This document shows, in pieces, positions 24,320 through 38,541 of a DNA stretch of 64,000 bases (positions within the stretch are counted from its first letter, which is position 1; each line of letters starts with the position of its first letter). The stretch spans positions 104,633,100-104,697,099 of the forward strand of contig NC_068981.1 of NCBI RefSeq assembly GCF_001194135.2, written 5' to 3'. The notes below the pieces were generated by a model, which was given only the letters and a program-made list of their open reading frames with translations, did not search any database and was not told the origin of the DNA. The stretch comes from Octopus bimaculoides (Eukaryota). A program made the translations under genes and the position numbers.

Positions 24320-27060
24320 GTAAGATGTACCATTGTACTAGAAGATATAGCCATTTTTAGCAAGTCATCTCAGATCAGAAACCAATGTTCAGAATTTAAC
24401 CTATGATATATATATTATATATATATCATATCTGGTGATTCAGACTTAAGATGATGATGTAACAAGCAAAAAGTTCTCTTAGAAGATATTTGATGATATA
24501 GAAATCTTACGTATACACAAACTTGAAAGTTGAAATGCATCCCAATTGTCTACACTCCCAAAATAAAGTCATCATGTATACTTGTTTACTAGGATTTAGG
24601 AAGATCTTAAGAGGAATGTTATAAACAGGACACTAGAAGTCATTAACATTCATTCATTCATCTGTTCTTGCATCACATCATATTTGCTCTTTGAGTCTTG
24701 AGTACCTCATTTTGACGCTGGGAAAAATGAAGTTTATTGCCATTTTTAGTGATATCAAACATGGTCCTTTTTTTTCTAAAATGTGGCTGTGTCATTTTTG
24801 TATATTGTGGATATTATTGTAAATTTCAATCTGTTATGGATTGATTGTATTACAAATTTTGTTTGTGTATGTGATGGTCTCATAGTTTTTTATAACTCAT
24901 CTTGCTCTTATTGGCTGGAGTGTCATCTACGATTTGACATAAGTGGTATAGAAGCTAAAAGCCTTTTCTGAGCCAAAAAGGGTTACCATCATTTCGAATT
25001 TGGTTGTGAAGTCAGCTCAACAAGAAACCAATGACTTCAAACCCAAACACCATTATCATCACCATCTTCATTATCATCATCATCATCACTAATTTAATAT
25101 CCATCTTTCCATAGGTTAGATGGATGCTGAAAGAAAAATCTTTCAGTCTCAGCATAATAGTAAGGGCAAAAGTAATTTTAGGAAATACATTTGTTACATA
25201 TATCTCTAGCTCTTAAGATAAAGAGCAAATGAAGAAGATGCTTAGTCTTACATATATTTCAGCTACATATATCCTGCATTACTATTTTCCTAAACATGAA
25301 CAATATGCATTTAAAATTCTCAAAGTTAATACAAATACTACATCTCATAATTCTTGATGATTTGATGACTCTTTTGGTCACCTCACATCAACAAAAACTG
25401 CATCATAAAAACTTCACTTCCCCTTCAGAATAAGAAAATACCATAGAACTTGTTTACTCTTTGTAAAGCAAATGTGACCTTCAGTGGTGTATTGTTCACA
25501 TATCTGGTAAGGCTCTCCTAACCCCCTACCAAAGAAACCTCAACCATTTGGCTGACTAGGAAAGACCCACCTACCAACAGACTACAATTTCTGTCTTGGG
25601 CCACTGTTTTTTCTCAGCCTTTTGTACTGCTACTATAACAGTCTTTGTTCCACTGAATTAGCACATTATGTATATCCACTACTCAGACCTGCCCAATGTC
25701 AGCCAGATTTTTCTTCATCTCTACATTAAAGGGATGCTGAATTCCTTGTAGAAGTGGTTATGAGAAAAACTAACAGGTCTCTTGTGAAGGTATATGGCCT
25801 TATGGTTATGGTGTTAACATCATGATCATGAGGTTGTCAAATCAGTCTCTAGACTAGGTAGCGCATTGTCTTTGAGAAAAGCATCATTTAACATTATCTT
25901 TGATAAAAGCATCTATTCACCTGAAGATGAGTACCAGTCATTTGCTGGTACAGCCATCTTTCCCTCTAGCTGTCATCTCTCCGTTGAGAGAGCCAAGAGA
26001 GTGTCTGTGACACCCCGAAACAATTAGCAAAAGCTTGGTACATGATATCGAGTCATACTTGTGAAGTGATGGCTATGCTAGTTGTAGCACATTGGTGAAT
26101 GGTTCTCTGCTACACAGCTATATGACAGATATGTGAGCAATAATTTGAACATGGCACCCACTTTCACTCTGAAGACATTCAGTAAATGAAGAGAAATCTA
26201 GTGCTTAGGATGCAGTTTTTGTTATATGGGATTTCCACAAAACATCAATTATTGAGAGGCTTAGTAGTTGTATCTTTGCAGAGTTTGGACTGTATGTGGT
26301 TCAGGCATTAGGGCGGTATACTTGCTTATTCCTTCCAGCTACTACATTATTGGCCTGTTAGAATTAAAATAAAACTAATCGGGACATATTAACTCCTAAG
26401 AAATATTGTTCTTGAGAAATTTGTACCATTGATCATAGATCATAACCATGAAGAATATATTCATTTGGTTAAAAAAAAAAAAAAAAAGCAAAGTATGAAA
26501 ATAAAATTGTCAGGATATTTTATTTGATTGAAATCATTTCACTAGTTTTGTATCTCTTCTGAAATGCCACCACAGTCTTTTTGCAAAATATCAATGATCA
26601 AAATCTATCAGTCATATTTACATCTCATTGCTACTGACTCTAAATTCTCCTCCTGCATGAATTCACCATTCTCTGAAACACCTTCCGTAATACTTTTCAC
26701 TTAATCCCATTCACAATGTAATTTTCTCTATATATTTTTCCTCTTCATTCACACTGCTATTTTCAAAATCAATTTTTTTCTACTCATCTTTCACAGGGCA
26801 AAAATTTCTTTACAATATTTTGTTTTTAGCTAGTTGTTCTTAAATTGAAATTTCCCATTCTTGGTTTCTTAAAATAATTTTTTTTTTCTTTTATTTGGTG
26901 CTGCATTAATATAGATATTTAAAAATATAACCAGTTTTTAAATTAGTTACTTAGATTTTCACCTCTTCTTTCCTATTTAAATGTTTACCACGACTGCTTT
27001 AATAAGTACAACTTATTAAAGTGTTACAAGACACTAACCTTGTCCACACGCACGCGCACG

Positions 27061-27115
<55 letters not shown>

Positions 27116-28061
27116 CTGTATGCTGTTTAATTCTAATTATCTTGTCAGGGAGTTATATATAATTGATGTTTGAAATCTGTTTGATAGTTTATTGCAAAAA
27201 ATGTTTCCATTCTCTTCCAAAAAGTATTGTAGTTGTGAGAAGACAACGTTACCAGATTAAAACTTCTGTATATGAAAATATGTTTAATCTTGTTATATAG
27301 AAACATTCTTTAGTTAAGATCAAGTTAATATTAAAAAAATGCTAAGGGATCATACTTTCTCCTTATCTTTATTTTAACTGCTTGCAACAAGATTAAGAAT
27401 ATATTTTCATATAAAAGATTTATGGAATTTCCTGTAACTGATGGGTGATTAATCTTAAATTCCAAGCAATACAAGAGCAGACTTAGTTGCAACAGTGTCT
27501 TAATAACGCAGCATAACTATTGCTGTTGATTCATCAAATCAGTACTATACTAACATACAGAGGGGTCTATATACTAACACGATAACATCTTGAAGGTAGT
27601 AAACTTAATTTGGCCTCACCCTCATAAGGGTTTCTACATGGTTACACAACATGTGAGAGTATCTATTTTGAGCATACTGCTTGAAATAGCAGTAACATTT
27701 CCCTCAACTTCACCATACCATCTTAGAAATAGAATGACTTATTCGATAATATAGCTGCTGATATATTGTTTGAAAGTGAGATGAGATGGGCAAAACTAGG
27801 ATACTTTGACCATAAGTTTAATTGATCAGAGATACTCCAGGGGTAATTAAAAAACATCCTACCCAAAGTATCAGTCAATACCTTCAATAAACTTTCTGCC
27901 AACTTGATTTAAAAGTAGAGCAAGAAAAGTAAATTGGCTTACAACTACATTTTGATTGCATGCTACTGTTCCACCCAACTTTTCATATCTGATATTCTAA
28001 AGAAAGCCTTATCATATCTGTGGTGTAAAGAATGGTAAATCAATATATTTAGGAACTACAA

Positions 28062-28293
28062 CAGTGGTTCTCAAACAGTGCACCACAGTGGTCCACAGTG
28101 CTGTGGTACACCACAGATTTTTAAACTTATAATTTACAGCTTTAGAAAATCATTACTTCAGGAAAGTAATGCTTGAATGTCTTGAAAAAGCATCTTAGTC
28201 ATAATTCATTTATACACAAGTAAGATTAAACCTTGGCCAGATTTCAGCAATAGTTTTCTATGTTTTACTAAATTTTTAACGGTATTGAGAACC
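28062..28293. mobile_element. Degenerate hAT-type MITE
   Basis: Left end cagtggttctcaaac, right end ttgagaacca. Confidence 0.5.
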
Positions 28294-28909
28294 AAGGACT
28301 CTTCTTAAGTGTTCTATTCACTACTTTGATACTCTAGGACTGCTGGAGTAGAGCTAACGAAAAAGTACTTAGCCAACAACAATGTCTATGAAAACCCTGA
28401 CAATACCAAACTTGCAAGGACATAACTGTGCTGATAAATATGTTATGATGGGTTTACTCTGAGTCAGGATTGCAAATCTTGACTTTGCATATAATGGTAG
28501 ACTTAAAAATACGTCACTAATAGTATTATAGTAAAGTCACCACATATGTAGATTAAGCAGTTGAGGTAGCATACAGATATGGTCTTAAATCTCAGAGTTT
28601 TAATATGACAATAGCTTGTCACTAACCTTACCAGAAGAATAAAAGACAATATTGCACTAATGTTAAAGTTGAATCACAAAACTATTCACTATTATTAGAT
28701 AAGCTTTTTTTTCTATGCTTTGGTGAGCAATTTTCTTTTTAATTTGTGCTTTACTTATGCAATCATTTTAGATTGTTTGTGCTTATGGATGTAAATCTGT
28801 TGTAAATACCATGTTAGTTAGTAGTCATTGTAAAAAGTAAAAATGTCATTCACATTGTTAAAAAGACTTCATTTTTGCCCTGCTCATGAATACTAAATTT
28901 CTTTTATAG

Positions 28910-28978
28910 CTGACAGCTAACTTACCTCGTAGTGAAGCTTTGGATAGTGGCAAAGTGGGTGCTGGACTTGACCCAGAC
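28910..28978 (+). CDS. SNX13: SNX13 exon: LTANLPRSEALDSGKVGAGLDPD
   Basis: Boundaries ttcttttatag| and GAC|gtaagt, 69 nt, phase 0/0. Aligns with the ...RVSAQLDDN| segment before the PXC domain. Confidence 0.85.
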
Positions 28979-29594
28979 GTAAGTACATATGAAACAACAT
29001 TAGATTCTTTCATTGGAATCATATTTATTTCTTAGCTTGATTGAAGGGCAGCATATTTGTTTGAAAATACAGTCAATTGAACTAAGTCCAGTCAATACCT
29101 GGTTCTTATATTTTATGGACACAATGACACAAATATTAAAGTAATTTCCAGTGGTATTTGAACTCTGAAACTAGAAGTACAAAACTGAAATTCTCTATGC
29201 ATTTATTCTTATATTTAATTGTTTCTGTCACTGTTTCCTTCCACTTAATAGTTTCTTTTAATTAGGAAGTACAACATCAACAACAATAATTGGTTTCTAA
29301 TTTAGGTACAAGTTCAGCAAGTTTTGATGGGAGGGTTGCCACTGACTCATATTTTACCAACTTCTGAGGGATGAAAAGTAAAGTTGACCTTGGTGGGATT
29401 TGATCTCAAATCAGTGATGACACTAAATACAACCTGATATTTAGTACAGTGCTCTACCATTTGTACCAGTAATGATGTGTTGTTTTTTTTTAACATTGAC
29501 ACAAGACCACCTATTGGAAGTTAAATCAGTGTCAGAATAGACAAGGCACTTGTTTTATCAACCCAGAAGATGAAGGGCTGTCATGGGAATATCT

Positions 29595-30270
29595 GATATG
29601 GTTTGAGATAGATTCAGCTGGTTTTCTTGAACATTTCCTTAGCTAGGATGAGTGTTGGGTGTGTCACTTTGAGCCAGAGACAAAGTGACAATCCATGCAG
29701 TGGAAATACCCCTCTTCACCTGCTCCCAAAAAGGCTAAGATCATTTCATCTTCAGGGAAAGTGGTGGCCTCAGTTTTTTGGATGCTAAAGGCATTGTATT
29801 TATTGACTATCTTCAAAAGGACTGCACCATCAATGGAAAGTACTATGCAACTTGCTGAGGCAGTTATGAAAGCCTATCAGGACCAAATGACTAGGAAAAC
29901 TGACAAAAGTGGTCTTGTTTCATCACTCTATGCTCCAGCACACAAGTCATTGACTTCAATGGCTGCTCTGCATGACTGTGGCTTGAACTTGTTGATCAGT
30001 CTTCCCATTCCACCAATTTGGCCCTATCTAATTATCAACTGTTACCCAGCATGAAAAAACACCTGGCTGGGAACCAGTATCACAGTGATGATGATGTCAT
30101 ATCTGTTGTTAATTATTTTTTTTTTACCATTTGGGTGGAATCCAAGCACTGTGACACTGATGAAAGAAGTGTGTGGACTGCAAGGGAGACCCTGTTGAAA
30201 AATAAACCTAATTTGGTCACATTCCATGAGAGTATTTTAGTTAGCTAATGAACTTTTCAGTTAACTCTTG
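29595..30270 (+). mobile_element. 5'-truncated mariner element (catalytic half)
   Basis: FLEHFLS*DECWVCHFEPETK*QSMQWKYPSSPAPKKAK...GKVVASVFW plus a PxSPxLA remnant. Terminal repeat atgaacttttcagttaactcttg|ta. Same family as 61209-62481. Confidence 0.88.
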
Positions 30271-31469
30271 TATATTGTATTTGTCTTTATTTATTGGCAT
30301 TACCTGACATGTTTTTCCTAAGTACTAACCTGCATTGCTTAAAGGTCTTGAAAATATTTGTCAAAAATATAGATGACTGCTCTTAAAATCCACCATCATC
30401 AAAATTTAGGAAAAAACCTCACTCACTACATTTTCTCTCCTAACTATTTAGAGAAGGTTAGAAACTCTATTCTTCATTGTATTATGTTGTTATTTTTGTA
30501 GGCATTTTAGTGTATTTTTAAAGGTTGCTACCATCATTGATTTGTAAACTGAGCAGTTTTAAGATGGGTTTTTAAGTATGAGTTTATATTGGAAATGTTA
30601 TCAGTAGACATAAGTTTCTTCAGGGAGATATACCTGTATTCATTTCTCAGGATTCAGTTAGGGGGTTTTATGCCATAGGTCTGTTTAAGCAAAACAGACT
30701 GGAGCTATTTGAATTCAAGAACAATGAAAACAATTTCGAATGTATTTGTGAACCTAGTTAATGCATGATTACAAACAAAACCTTCAAATGAAAACAATTC
30801 TGTAATTTTATTCTTTTCTTCAACATATTTTCTCTTTGAGTTATTAAGTTTGATATATGTAAATACTTATTAATTTCCATGTTTGAATTAATATCTGTGA
30901 AGCTACATCTTGCACCATTAGAAAGACATTCAATATCTACAAAAAAGTAAATACAAGGTGCAGTGTAACTTCTGTATAAAATCGTAAAACTAATAATAGA
31001 AGTTGGTTTAGATTATTTCAAAGTTCTGTTAGTATAATTCATCAAATTAGGTTCAGTGCCTTTTAGCAAGGGATTCACATAAATTCTGTTGTTTTATTGG
31101 GACCAAATTTATCTGTCAATACAATAAACAACAAAGTAATCTTTGATTAATTACTCTATTCCTGCCAGACTATCTAGTCTAATTATATGGATTAATTAAA
31201 CTGCCAAATTATTCATATAAATAATTATTGCAGCCCTTTATTTTAGAAATCCTTGAGACAGTAAATTACATTGTGAATGCAATGATCAATCAATACAACA
31301 AAGAATATATTTTTCAACTCCTGATCAGCAGACGACATATTTTCCATTGAGATCCTTTGTATGTTGCCTTTTAAAATAACTTCAGTCGTAACAGTGAACA
31401 ATTTATTTGGTTGTTGCTTGCATATATGCTATTTTAATTAAATTACTCTCTATATCAAAATTTTTAGGG

Positions 31470-31930
31470 TTTTTTTTGTCTTTGGTCAGTAAGTGTTATT
31501 TCTTATTTGCTTCTGTCTAGAAATCAAAAGAAATGACTATTATTCCCGTCAGACTTTGCCTTTGTGACTTGGACATCCATGTTATGAAACTGACCTATTT
31601 TCTATTACATTTCAGACAAATTCAGCATTGAGTTGCTGAAGTAGAAATATCATTATAGCAAATATTCTGCTCAATGCCACAGATTGGCTTGTCAGTTGCT
31701 TGAACTTAACTACTTTAGCCCTTAGTGGCTGACAGTGTGTGCATCTCTGATGATGAGCAGTAGTAGTGGGGGAGCATCGTAGCCATGTGTTAAGAGGGAT
31801 TCTTTGGGATTTGAATAAATGTAACAAAAGTAAAGTTTGAAGAAAACATTAGCCATTTTTCATACTTTATAAGGGTGAGCAAATAGGAAATAACAGTTGC
31901 TACACAAGGACAAAAATCATGTTACATAGT
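31470..31930. mobile_element. Tc1/mariner-type MITE (uninterrupted copy of the 40990-41793 family)
   Basis: Colinear similarity to 41030-41790, without the SINE insert. Confidence 0.7.
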
Positions 31931-32359
31931 GTTATGTTGCCTTTATAATTTTTTGTGAGAATTTTGAGCAGAATTGTTAAGCAGAAAATTACATTCTGTT
32001 CAAGCCTGAAGTATGTAGCTTGGTTGTATATGAAATTGTAATTAATTAGCAGGCCTTAATTCATTAATTCGTTAATCAAACATCCATGATTCAGGACTGC
32101 ATTATACACTCCATAATAATGTGTTTACCTGTCAGTCAAGGAATGTTACGGTTAAGAAGAAGTAAAAAAGCAACTTGCGATCAGATTATAATTGAATAAA
32201 TAAATATAAAAGCCGTGTTTATATTGATGAAGCAAAAGTTTATGTAAGAAAGTTAATTTTTATGCAGGTGCTTATCTTAACATTTTGTCAATAGATGAAA
32301 AATTACAAGTAACCTAAAAAAAAAAACACTACTTTAGAAGACTTGTTTGATAATTTCAG

Positions 32360-32505
32360 GTGGGAGAAAATATACCTCTTCGTATTCTTTTGTTACTAAT
32401 GGATGAAGTTTTTGATTTGAGACAAAAGAACCAATGGCTGCGCCGTCGACTTGTTGCTATCCTTCGACAGTTAATTAAGGCCACCTTTGGAGATATGATC
32501 AACAG
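32360..32505 (+). CDS. SNX13: SNX13 exon (PXC start): VGENIPLRILLLLMDEVFDLRQKNQWLRRRLVAILRQLIKATFGDMIN(R)
   Basis: Boundaries tttcag| and AG|gtgatt. The NIPLR..LLLMDEVFDL..NQWLRR motif is diagnostic of SNX13. Confidence 0.97.
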
Positions 32506-33288
32506 GTGATTTTTTCTTTTATGATTTTATTTTGTTTGTTTTCCTAATTATTATTTTTTTTTTTGTTATTTTAAATATTAGAGGTGCAAACATGGCTGTG
32601 TGGTAAGAAGCTTGCTTCCCAACCACATGGTTCTGGGTTCAGTCCGACTGTGTGGCACCTTGGGCAGGTGTTTACTACAATAGCCTCGGGCCAACCAAAG
32701 CCTTGTCAGTGGATTTGGTAGACAGAAACTGGAAGAAGCCCATCATATATGTGTGTGTGTATAGTTGACTAGTTACATAAGTGCCAACACACGAAGCTCT
32801 CGGACCTTGCGTCACTCTGTTACTTCTGCTAAATATTAATAAAATATGTGTATATATCAATGTATATGTATCATTGTGTTTGTTTGTCCCCTCCATCATT
32901 ACTTGACAACTAGTGTTGGTGTATTTACGTTCCCATAACTTAGTGGTTCAGCAAAAGAGACTGATTAAAAAATAAGTCCTAGGGTCGATTTGTTTAGCTA
33001 AAACCCTTCATGGTAGTACTCCAGTATGGCTGCAGTCAAATGACTGAAACAGGTGAAAGAATAAAAGAAGAGCAATTATATTCTTTCTTTTTTTTTTAAA
33101 TTTGCTGTTGGCTCACTTCACTGTTTCGTTCTTCCATTTATCTATCCCCATCTTTCCCTCTACTTGTTTACTTATCTATTTGCCAAATGGCCTTCTGTTT
33201 CTGTTTTTCTACTTGTGTGTATATCTGTTTATTTCTATCTCTCTGCTTTTCCTTTATTCAGCTAATTTTGGGATGTATTTTCTTTCAG

Positions 33289-33357
33289 AAAAATAGTGGA
33301 ACATGTTGATTGGATGACATCAGCTGAACAGATGGCAGAATATGTGAAGACTTTCAG
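33289..33357 (+). CDS. SNX13: SNX13 exon (PXC): (R)KIVEHVDWMTSAEQMAEYVKTF(R)
   Basis: Boundaries tctttcag| and AG|gttggc, phase 2/2. Matches KIVDHVDWMTSPEQVA. Confidence 0.96.
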
Positions 33358-34807
33358 GTTGGCACTTTTTTTTTTATGGGAACTTGGAATAAGATTGACC
33401 TTTAGTATTCAGATTTCTCTGTCAATTGTAATGCTTATTTATTTATATTGATATGAATTAATCTTGCATTAACTTGTAACTTTGAGATTTTAATGATGTG
33501 ATTATTTATCATCATCATCATTTAGTGTCTGCTTTAAATGCTGGCATAGGTTAGATGGCTTGACTGAAACTGGTAAGCTTGAGGGCTACACCAGGTTCCA
33601 ATCTGATTTTGGCATGATTTCTACAGCTGGATGCCCTTCTTGACACCAACCACTCCAAGAGCATGTCATTGGCATAAGTGCCAGTTACATTACACCAGCA
33701 TTGATCATGACTACGATTTCACATGGTTTGACGGGTCTTCTGAAGCATGGCACATCGCCAAAAGTCTTGATCACTTATTGCTGCCTCCACGAGGCCCAGT
33801 GTTCGAAAAGTGCTTTTTTTTACATGCCACTGGCTCTGGTACCAGTTACTTGACACCAGCATCAGCCATGACTATGATTTCATTTGGTTTAATGGGTCTT
33901 TTCTGAATAATATTGTATGGTAATTGTGAGAGGTCAAATCTGGCCAGTTTGAAGATAATACAGGTAGGTTATTTTGATTGGATATGGCCAGTTTGAAGAT
34001 AATATAGGTAGATTGTTTTGGCTGGATATGGCTGGTTCAAATGCTAAAGGGTTCATAGTTAACTTTTAGCACTTGTGTTATTTTTCATTTTTAATATGTA
34101 TCACATGTCATCAACAAATACTTACTTTTCCATAATGGCACGACTTGGCTAAATTTCTTAAATATCTTGATGATGTATTAATTCAACTGTAAGAACCCCA
34201 TAATCTAAGATCTGAACTCACTGATTCATCATACATTTGTTATTTATTCGTGTATTGCCATTAGGTCCTTCAACTGTCAACTCACAACACTTCTTCATCT
34301 AGAGTACATCATTTATTGATATTACTAGTCTGTATCAATGTTATCATATCATTTGTATTTATTGGTTAATACCTTTTGATACCTTATCACATTTTTAATT
34401 TGCTCATGCTACTCACTTTTTTTTTCTGTAATATAGCTATGTGCATTTAACAAGTCATACTAAATTGGCTTCTGTCTATTCACTCAACATTCCATGCTGT
34501 AATAGCTAATGATTTTGTGTCATTTACAGTCACAATTCTAATATGTCTCATAGAAAGAAGCAAACTCTACAATTTAGAGAGAGAGAGAGAGAGATGTTAT
34601 CAGAATTTCTTTCAATCCTCTCTTAATGTGTAAAGAGCTTTTACACATTCTTTTTTCTTTTCTTTTGATATGTTCCAATTTTCTTTTGGCAACATAAGTT
34701 ATTGATCATTGTTGATATTTTTGAAAAAGAAAATAAAAATTATATTTATATTTTTTTTTAGTTTAAGTTCTTTGACATTTTTTTTTTGTGCGTGTTCTTT
34801 TGTTTAG

Positions 34808-34920
34808 AGATTCTTTTTGGCCATACGGTTCCCTTGCTGACAGGAATCCTGCAAGAGATGAAAATACCAAGTTGCGAACTAGAGTTGTGTGCAGGGCTAG
34901 AATGCTAGGTAGCATTCCAG
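34808..34920 (+). CDS. SNX13: SNX13 exon (PXC): (R)DSFWPYGSLADRNPARDENTKLRTRVVCRARMLGSIP(D)
   Basis: Boundaries ttgtttag| and CAG|gtgagt, phase 2/1. Matches DAFWPNG...RTRV. Confidence 0.96.
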
Positions 34921-35061
34921 GTGAGTAACTATTTACACAGATAGAAAGGAAATCAGACAAATACAAGAGTAGAATGTGTAAATTACTTTCCAATTATATT
35001 TCATTTGATCTCAGTTGCTAATGTACTTTTTCTAATAGTAGTGTCTTTACTCTAATTACAG

Positions 35062-35324
35062 ATGAAATGCGCCATTTAATGGGCAATGAAACTGTGAAGA
35101 TGGGCGTAGTCCGTGTATTTAATATGTTCCAACACAAAAGCCTCAATAAGCGTTTAGTGTACGTCTTCCTTGAAGGAATGCTGGAGACATTATTTCCTCA
35201 AAACAAATTCAATGAAATATTCCTTAAGCTACATTCCAAATCGCAGCGTCAGAAATCCAGTAGTTGTAACTCTGCAAAAGATCCTCTTCGTAGACAGAAT
35301 TCAGGCCAGTTAGCAGTAAGATGA
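35062..35324 (+). CDS. SNX13: SNX13 terminal coding exon: (D)EMRHLMGNETVKMGVVRVFNMFQHKSLNKRLVYVFLEGMLETLFPQNKF...QLAVR*
   Basis: Acceptor ctaattacag|, TGA stop at 35322-35324, overlaps ORF 35067..35324. The ten exons total 1233 nt (411 codons) with no internal stop. Confidence 0.97.
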
Positions 35325-37558
35325 CATGGTTGACAATCATCAGTATTTTTCCCTTTTTTTTTTCACCTTGACCCTCCCTCACAGTGACACAAGTATCCTC
35401 AGAATTTTTCTTGCTGGCAATGGTTAAGGTATTTATTAAGAGGATTCTCTGTGTCTGTCAGTCGGTGTTGCTCAGTCCTTCCAACGTCTGATACTGATTT
35501 GAGCTATCATATCAAAATTCTTTTGAGATGAGGACAGAAAAAAGCATATTGCCAATGTAGACTAGTGAGAACTGCTGGACATTGACTGGAAATAAATCCT
35601 TCCTATTTTGGAGAGAATGTTTATACCAAAAATCTTTTAAATTAAAGAAAAAAGAAACAACAAACAATACTCCATAGAAAATAATTTTTCTTTCCAATTC
35701 TTAATTTTTTTACCAATTACTCGCACACCTTCAAAACAAAAAGTATTAAAATCAATCACAGTCATTTGAAGGGAATAAAAAAAAAAAGAAACATTTCTCT
35801 TTTAAAAACAAAATTCAAATGAAGAAGGCATACGATAATAGTAACTTAAATCACAGCCCGTGGTTTGTTGCTTTAACAGTGAAAAATTAAACCATTACAC
35901 AAAAGCAAAGTGACTTCTGGAAATTCTGGTTGAGAAATGAAAGCATGTTGTTTGGAGCAGAAATGGCATTATTTTAGATGAATGCTGAATATTTTCATTT
36001 TTTTTTTTTTTAGCCTTTTTAAAATTTTTTTATGTGTGATTGGTGAGAGAAATAATGAATTTTCTATGACCCTTATAATAATACAAAACCAGCTGTCTTA
36101 GTTTTCCTCCCTATACATACATACACACATACAAACACAGATATATATAGGCATGCCTGTCTCATACTTATTCTCATACACATATTTTAAAGAAGAACAG
36201 TAAATACAACACACTAGTTAGTAATAATTGCTTTTAAACTGAACTCTTGTCTCTTATCATTTTATGACGGAGCTAGAGTTTAAAAAGAGAGGGCTTTGTT
36301 TCTGTATAATTGGATATAGTTAAGCTCCTTTTAAATTGTGTTCCCCAATGTCATGTACGCACTTACATGTATATGCATGCATCTATGCATATATACACAC
36401 ACACGTATTTATATGTTTGTGTATATTTACTTGTAGGTGTTGATTACTTTTTAATAACTTATATCTTAATAGGTTTATGACTTGATTCAGTTGGCATTAT
36501 TTTTAAACATCACACCCTCATTTATTTAGTCATAATTTTTACAACCTATGTTCCACCATCTTCTGTTTAGCTTTCATTTCTCTAATTGTCCTCGTGGAAT
36601 TGAAGAAATTGATTCTTCTTTGAATTGTTTACATTTCTAAACAAAGAAATGAGTCTTGTTTTGTATCTGCCCAGCTAGAGCTTACCTGGGTTTCAACAAC
36701 TACTGCAGTACCAACATCATATGTTCTTTGATATCATCATATATATATTTAAGGAAAAAAAAAAAGAATTAAAATTACCATTTATAAAATACATTTTTCA
36801 AGAAAATTTAGCTTTATTTAACAATTTTTTTATACATTCCATTCTTTGGTCGATGGCCCAGGTTCTCAATGTAGGGCAGGGAGAATACCCCAGGTACTTG
36901 GGGAGAAGTGAGGGATAAGTTTAGGTAATCTGAAATAATTTTATGTCAAAATCATGTGCACAAGAATAGCTGTGTGGTTAAGAAGTTTGCTTTGCAATGC
37001 AATGTGGGTCTGAGTTTAAGCCCACTGTGCAGAACTCTGGGCAAGTATCTTCTACCATATCTTCGGGTTAACCAATATCCTGCGAGTGGAATTTAGTTGG
37101 CAGAAAATGCAGAAGTTTATCATGTATGTTTATATATATGTCTTATATATTTGTATCTATGTTGTATATGTCATATATGTACTATATATGTATATATATG
37201 TCATACATATATATATATATATATGTATATGTTGTATATATACCATATATATATATGTATATGTCATATATTTATATATATGTATATATGTCATATATAT
37301 ATATGTATATGTCATATATTTATATATATGTCATATATATATATATATATATATAATCCACGCATATATATGTATATATTCAAAGCTGAGTTTGCACTGA
37401 TTTTATTTTCAGTTGCCTGAGGAATGTAAATGGGAAATTCAAGCCCTCGGCTTTGAATAAATGTTATTCCACTCTACTGTATTACATTTTCCATTTCATT
37501 ACAGTTCATTCCAGTGGTAATTCAATCATACATACATGCACACATACATGCATACATA

Positions 37559-37599
<41 letters not shown>

Positions 37600-37920
37600 A
37601 TGTGTGTGTGTGTGTGTGCATGTGTATATTCAATTTTCGCTGATACATATTGTGGAAAAATGTAAACATTGATGAGGAGAAAGCTGCTAAGCCGGTGCTT
37701 GTAAACAAAAAAAATACCTAAGTTGCATACAGATGCTCCCTTGTCACAATCATAGATCCAGTGAAGCAGTGATTGGCCCATTTTGAAACCTGTAATCACT
37801 GATGCTATTGTTTATAAAATGCGATGTAAAATAAAGTCAAAGAAAACAAATCTGAAAAAAAAAAAAAGAGAAAAGAAAAATAATCAATCATTGATTGTTA
37901 ATGTTGTATAATAAAATTCT
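35325..37920 (+). other. SNX13: Probable SNX13 3' UTR; the end is uncertain
   Basis: U-rich sequence after the stop. AATAAA hexamers at 35774, 37456, 37830 and 37910. Which one is used cannot be determined from sequence. Confidence 0.45.
37120..37380. repeat. Compound (TA)n / ATGTCATAT low-complexity repeat in the tail of a family-B SINE
   Basis: Seen directly. It accounts for the YI/YM-rich pseudo-ORFs. Confidence 0.9.
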
Positions 37921-38328
37921 CAAAAAATTTCTGACCAGAAATTATACATCTGATTGACACTATTGGTGATTTTTGCGAAGGTGTGCATGAGATTTGAATG
38001 CTGTCCATAGCTTTAAGCTGAAGGGACATGGTGCATAGATAGAAAGAAGCCTTTGTAATTCTATATAGTCATTGCAGACCCTGTTAAACTGAGAAATTAC
38101 TGTAGCTAACTGTGGTTAATATTGATCTTTGTGTTTTTAGGACGGTGAGCTGGCAGGGCAGACTTGTTAGCATGCTGGACAAAATGATTAACAGCATTTG
38201 CTTTTCATCATTTTTGGGGTTGATGAAATAAGTACCAGTCAAGTACTGGGGGCAATGTAATCAACTTACTCTCTCCCCCAAACTTACTGACTTTGTGCAA
38301 AAATTTGAAACCAATGTTAATCTTTATA

Positions 38329-38505
38329 TAGTTCTATATTTAAGAGATGAGGAATTATGTACATTATTCACATTTGACGGATATTTGTCATCTTGTTTGT
38401 TGTTAATACAAGATTTCAGCTGATATACCCTCCAGCCATCATCAGGTGTTTTGGGGAAATTTCGAACCTGGGTTCTCATTCCTAAGGTATTTTTGAATGT
38501 TGTTG

Positions 38506-38541
<36 letters not shown>

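Noticed and set aside
28910-28916. Second AG (tag ctgacag) as an alternative acceptor
   Set aside because: It would shift the frame by 7 nt and break the PXC domain.
29695-30054. 119-aa ORF as a host gene or domesticated transposase
   Set aside because: It is a frameshifted, 5'-truncated mariner remnant with stops and no splice signals linking it to SNX13.
37086-37799. YI/YM/HT-rich ORFs (similar ones at 49217-49622, 59748-60040 and 62364-62686)
   Set aside because: They are translations of TA, CA and ACAT microsatellites.
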